NCBI GenBank assembly: GCA_951406725.2 | Contig: OX597831.1 | Location: forward strand, 5,704,001 to 5,768,000 | From: Octopus vulgaris | Taxonomy: Eukaryota | DNA length: 64,000 nucleotides | Reading direction: 5' to 3' | In this document: positions 63,324 to 64,000 of the stretch, one piece after another | Layout of the letters: each line of letters starts with the position of its first letter | How positions within the stretch are numbered: the first letter of the stretch is position 1 | The notes under the pieces: model-generated | The model's database searches: none | Seen by the model: only the letters and a program-made list of their open reading frames with translations | What the model was told of the DNA's origin: nothing | Made by a program: the position numbers and the translations under genes

Positions 63324-64000
63324 ATATTATATATTACATGTACACACTTTATTTCTGTTTTTCAGTCGAGGGGTGATGTAGTTTCAAGTTGTACTTGAAC
63401 AAGCGATTTTTTAACTTTACAGGGAAACCTACTAAACTCTACAAAGCATCGATGACTGAAGTAAAGAAACCCTCCCAAAACAGTTCCACTTTTGGTAGTC
63501 GCTGGTGCGAGTGTGTCTGTGTGTGTGTGTGTGTCTGTGTGTGGCACAAGAGGCTGTTTAGAGATGTAAATAAATATGTGTGTGTGTGTGAGTATGTGTA
63601 TATGTATATAAATATATAATTATATTCCTCACTAGCGGAACCAAACTTGTTTGAAATAATGGTAAATAGTATCCTCTTGGGTTTTTAGCAGTCCATTCCG
63701 TCCGTATTTCGGTAGAACCGTGTGTTCTTTATATTCAAAACAGTGTTTTTAAAGACGACCAACATCGAATTTGCTTTCACACAAACAAAATATCGACACA
63801 CATATTCAACACCCTACACATACATACTCATATATATATAAATATATATGTGTGTGTGTATATATATGTATATATATGTGTGTGTGTAGTATAAATAGTC
63901 GTCTCTGAGAGACTAGTTCACTTTTGTTATTAACAATTCAAAGCAAATATTTGTTGATGTTGTTCAATAATAATAATAATTCAAGTTTGCTGTTAATGTT

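Noticed and set aside
63352-63510. Plus-strand exon of a divergent gene (ttttttcag acceptor)
   Set aside because: Weak donor and no recognisable peptide.

Overview
AT-rich eukaryotic genomic DNA dominated by repeats. The SINE families and the very dense microsatellites suggest an octopus (coleoid cephalopod); this is inferred from recall of the repeat families, not from a database match. The only host coding sequence I can recognise is a 66-nt first coding exon on the minus strand (62554-62619, MGDNGLTRILLVSANVGSIFED|gtaagt), which matches the N-terminus of type I inositol-1,4,5-trisphosphate 5-phosphatase (INPP5A). It is too short for the ORF track. Positions 1-62553 therefore appear to be the start of a very large intron. 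That intron holds dozens of tRNA-derived SINEs from several families and fragments of RTE, CR1, Tx1/L1 and HERO-type LINEs. It also holds Tc1 and mariner relics, piggyBac-like and hAT-like MITEs, a mini-Helitron, four minisatellites and many microsatellites. Nearly all ORFs in the track are repeat artefacts. The most unusual signal is a tRNA-headed short element with a Penelope-type minimal hammerhead ribozyme motif. It forms fold-back structures at several loci (56176-56523, 21155-21419, 57870-58425). Also notable are 184-bp SINE concatemers with the same junction at three loci and a SINE/CR1 pair sharing a 3' tail.
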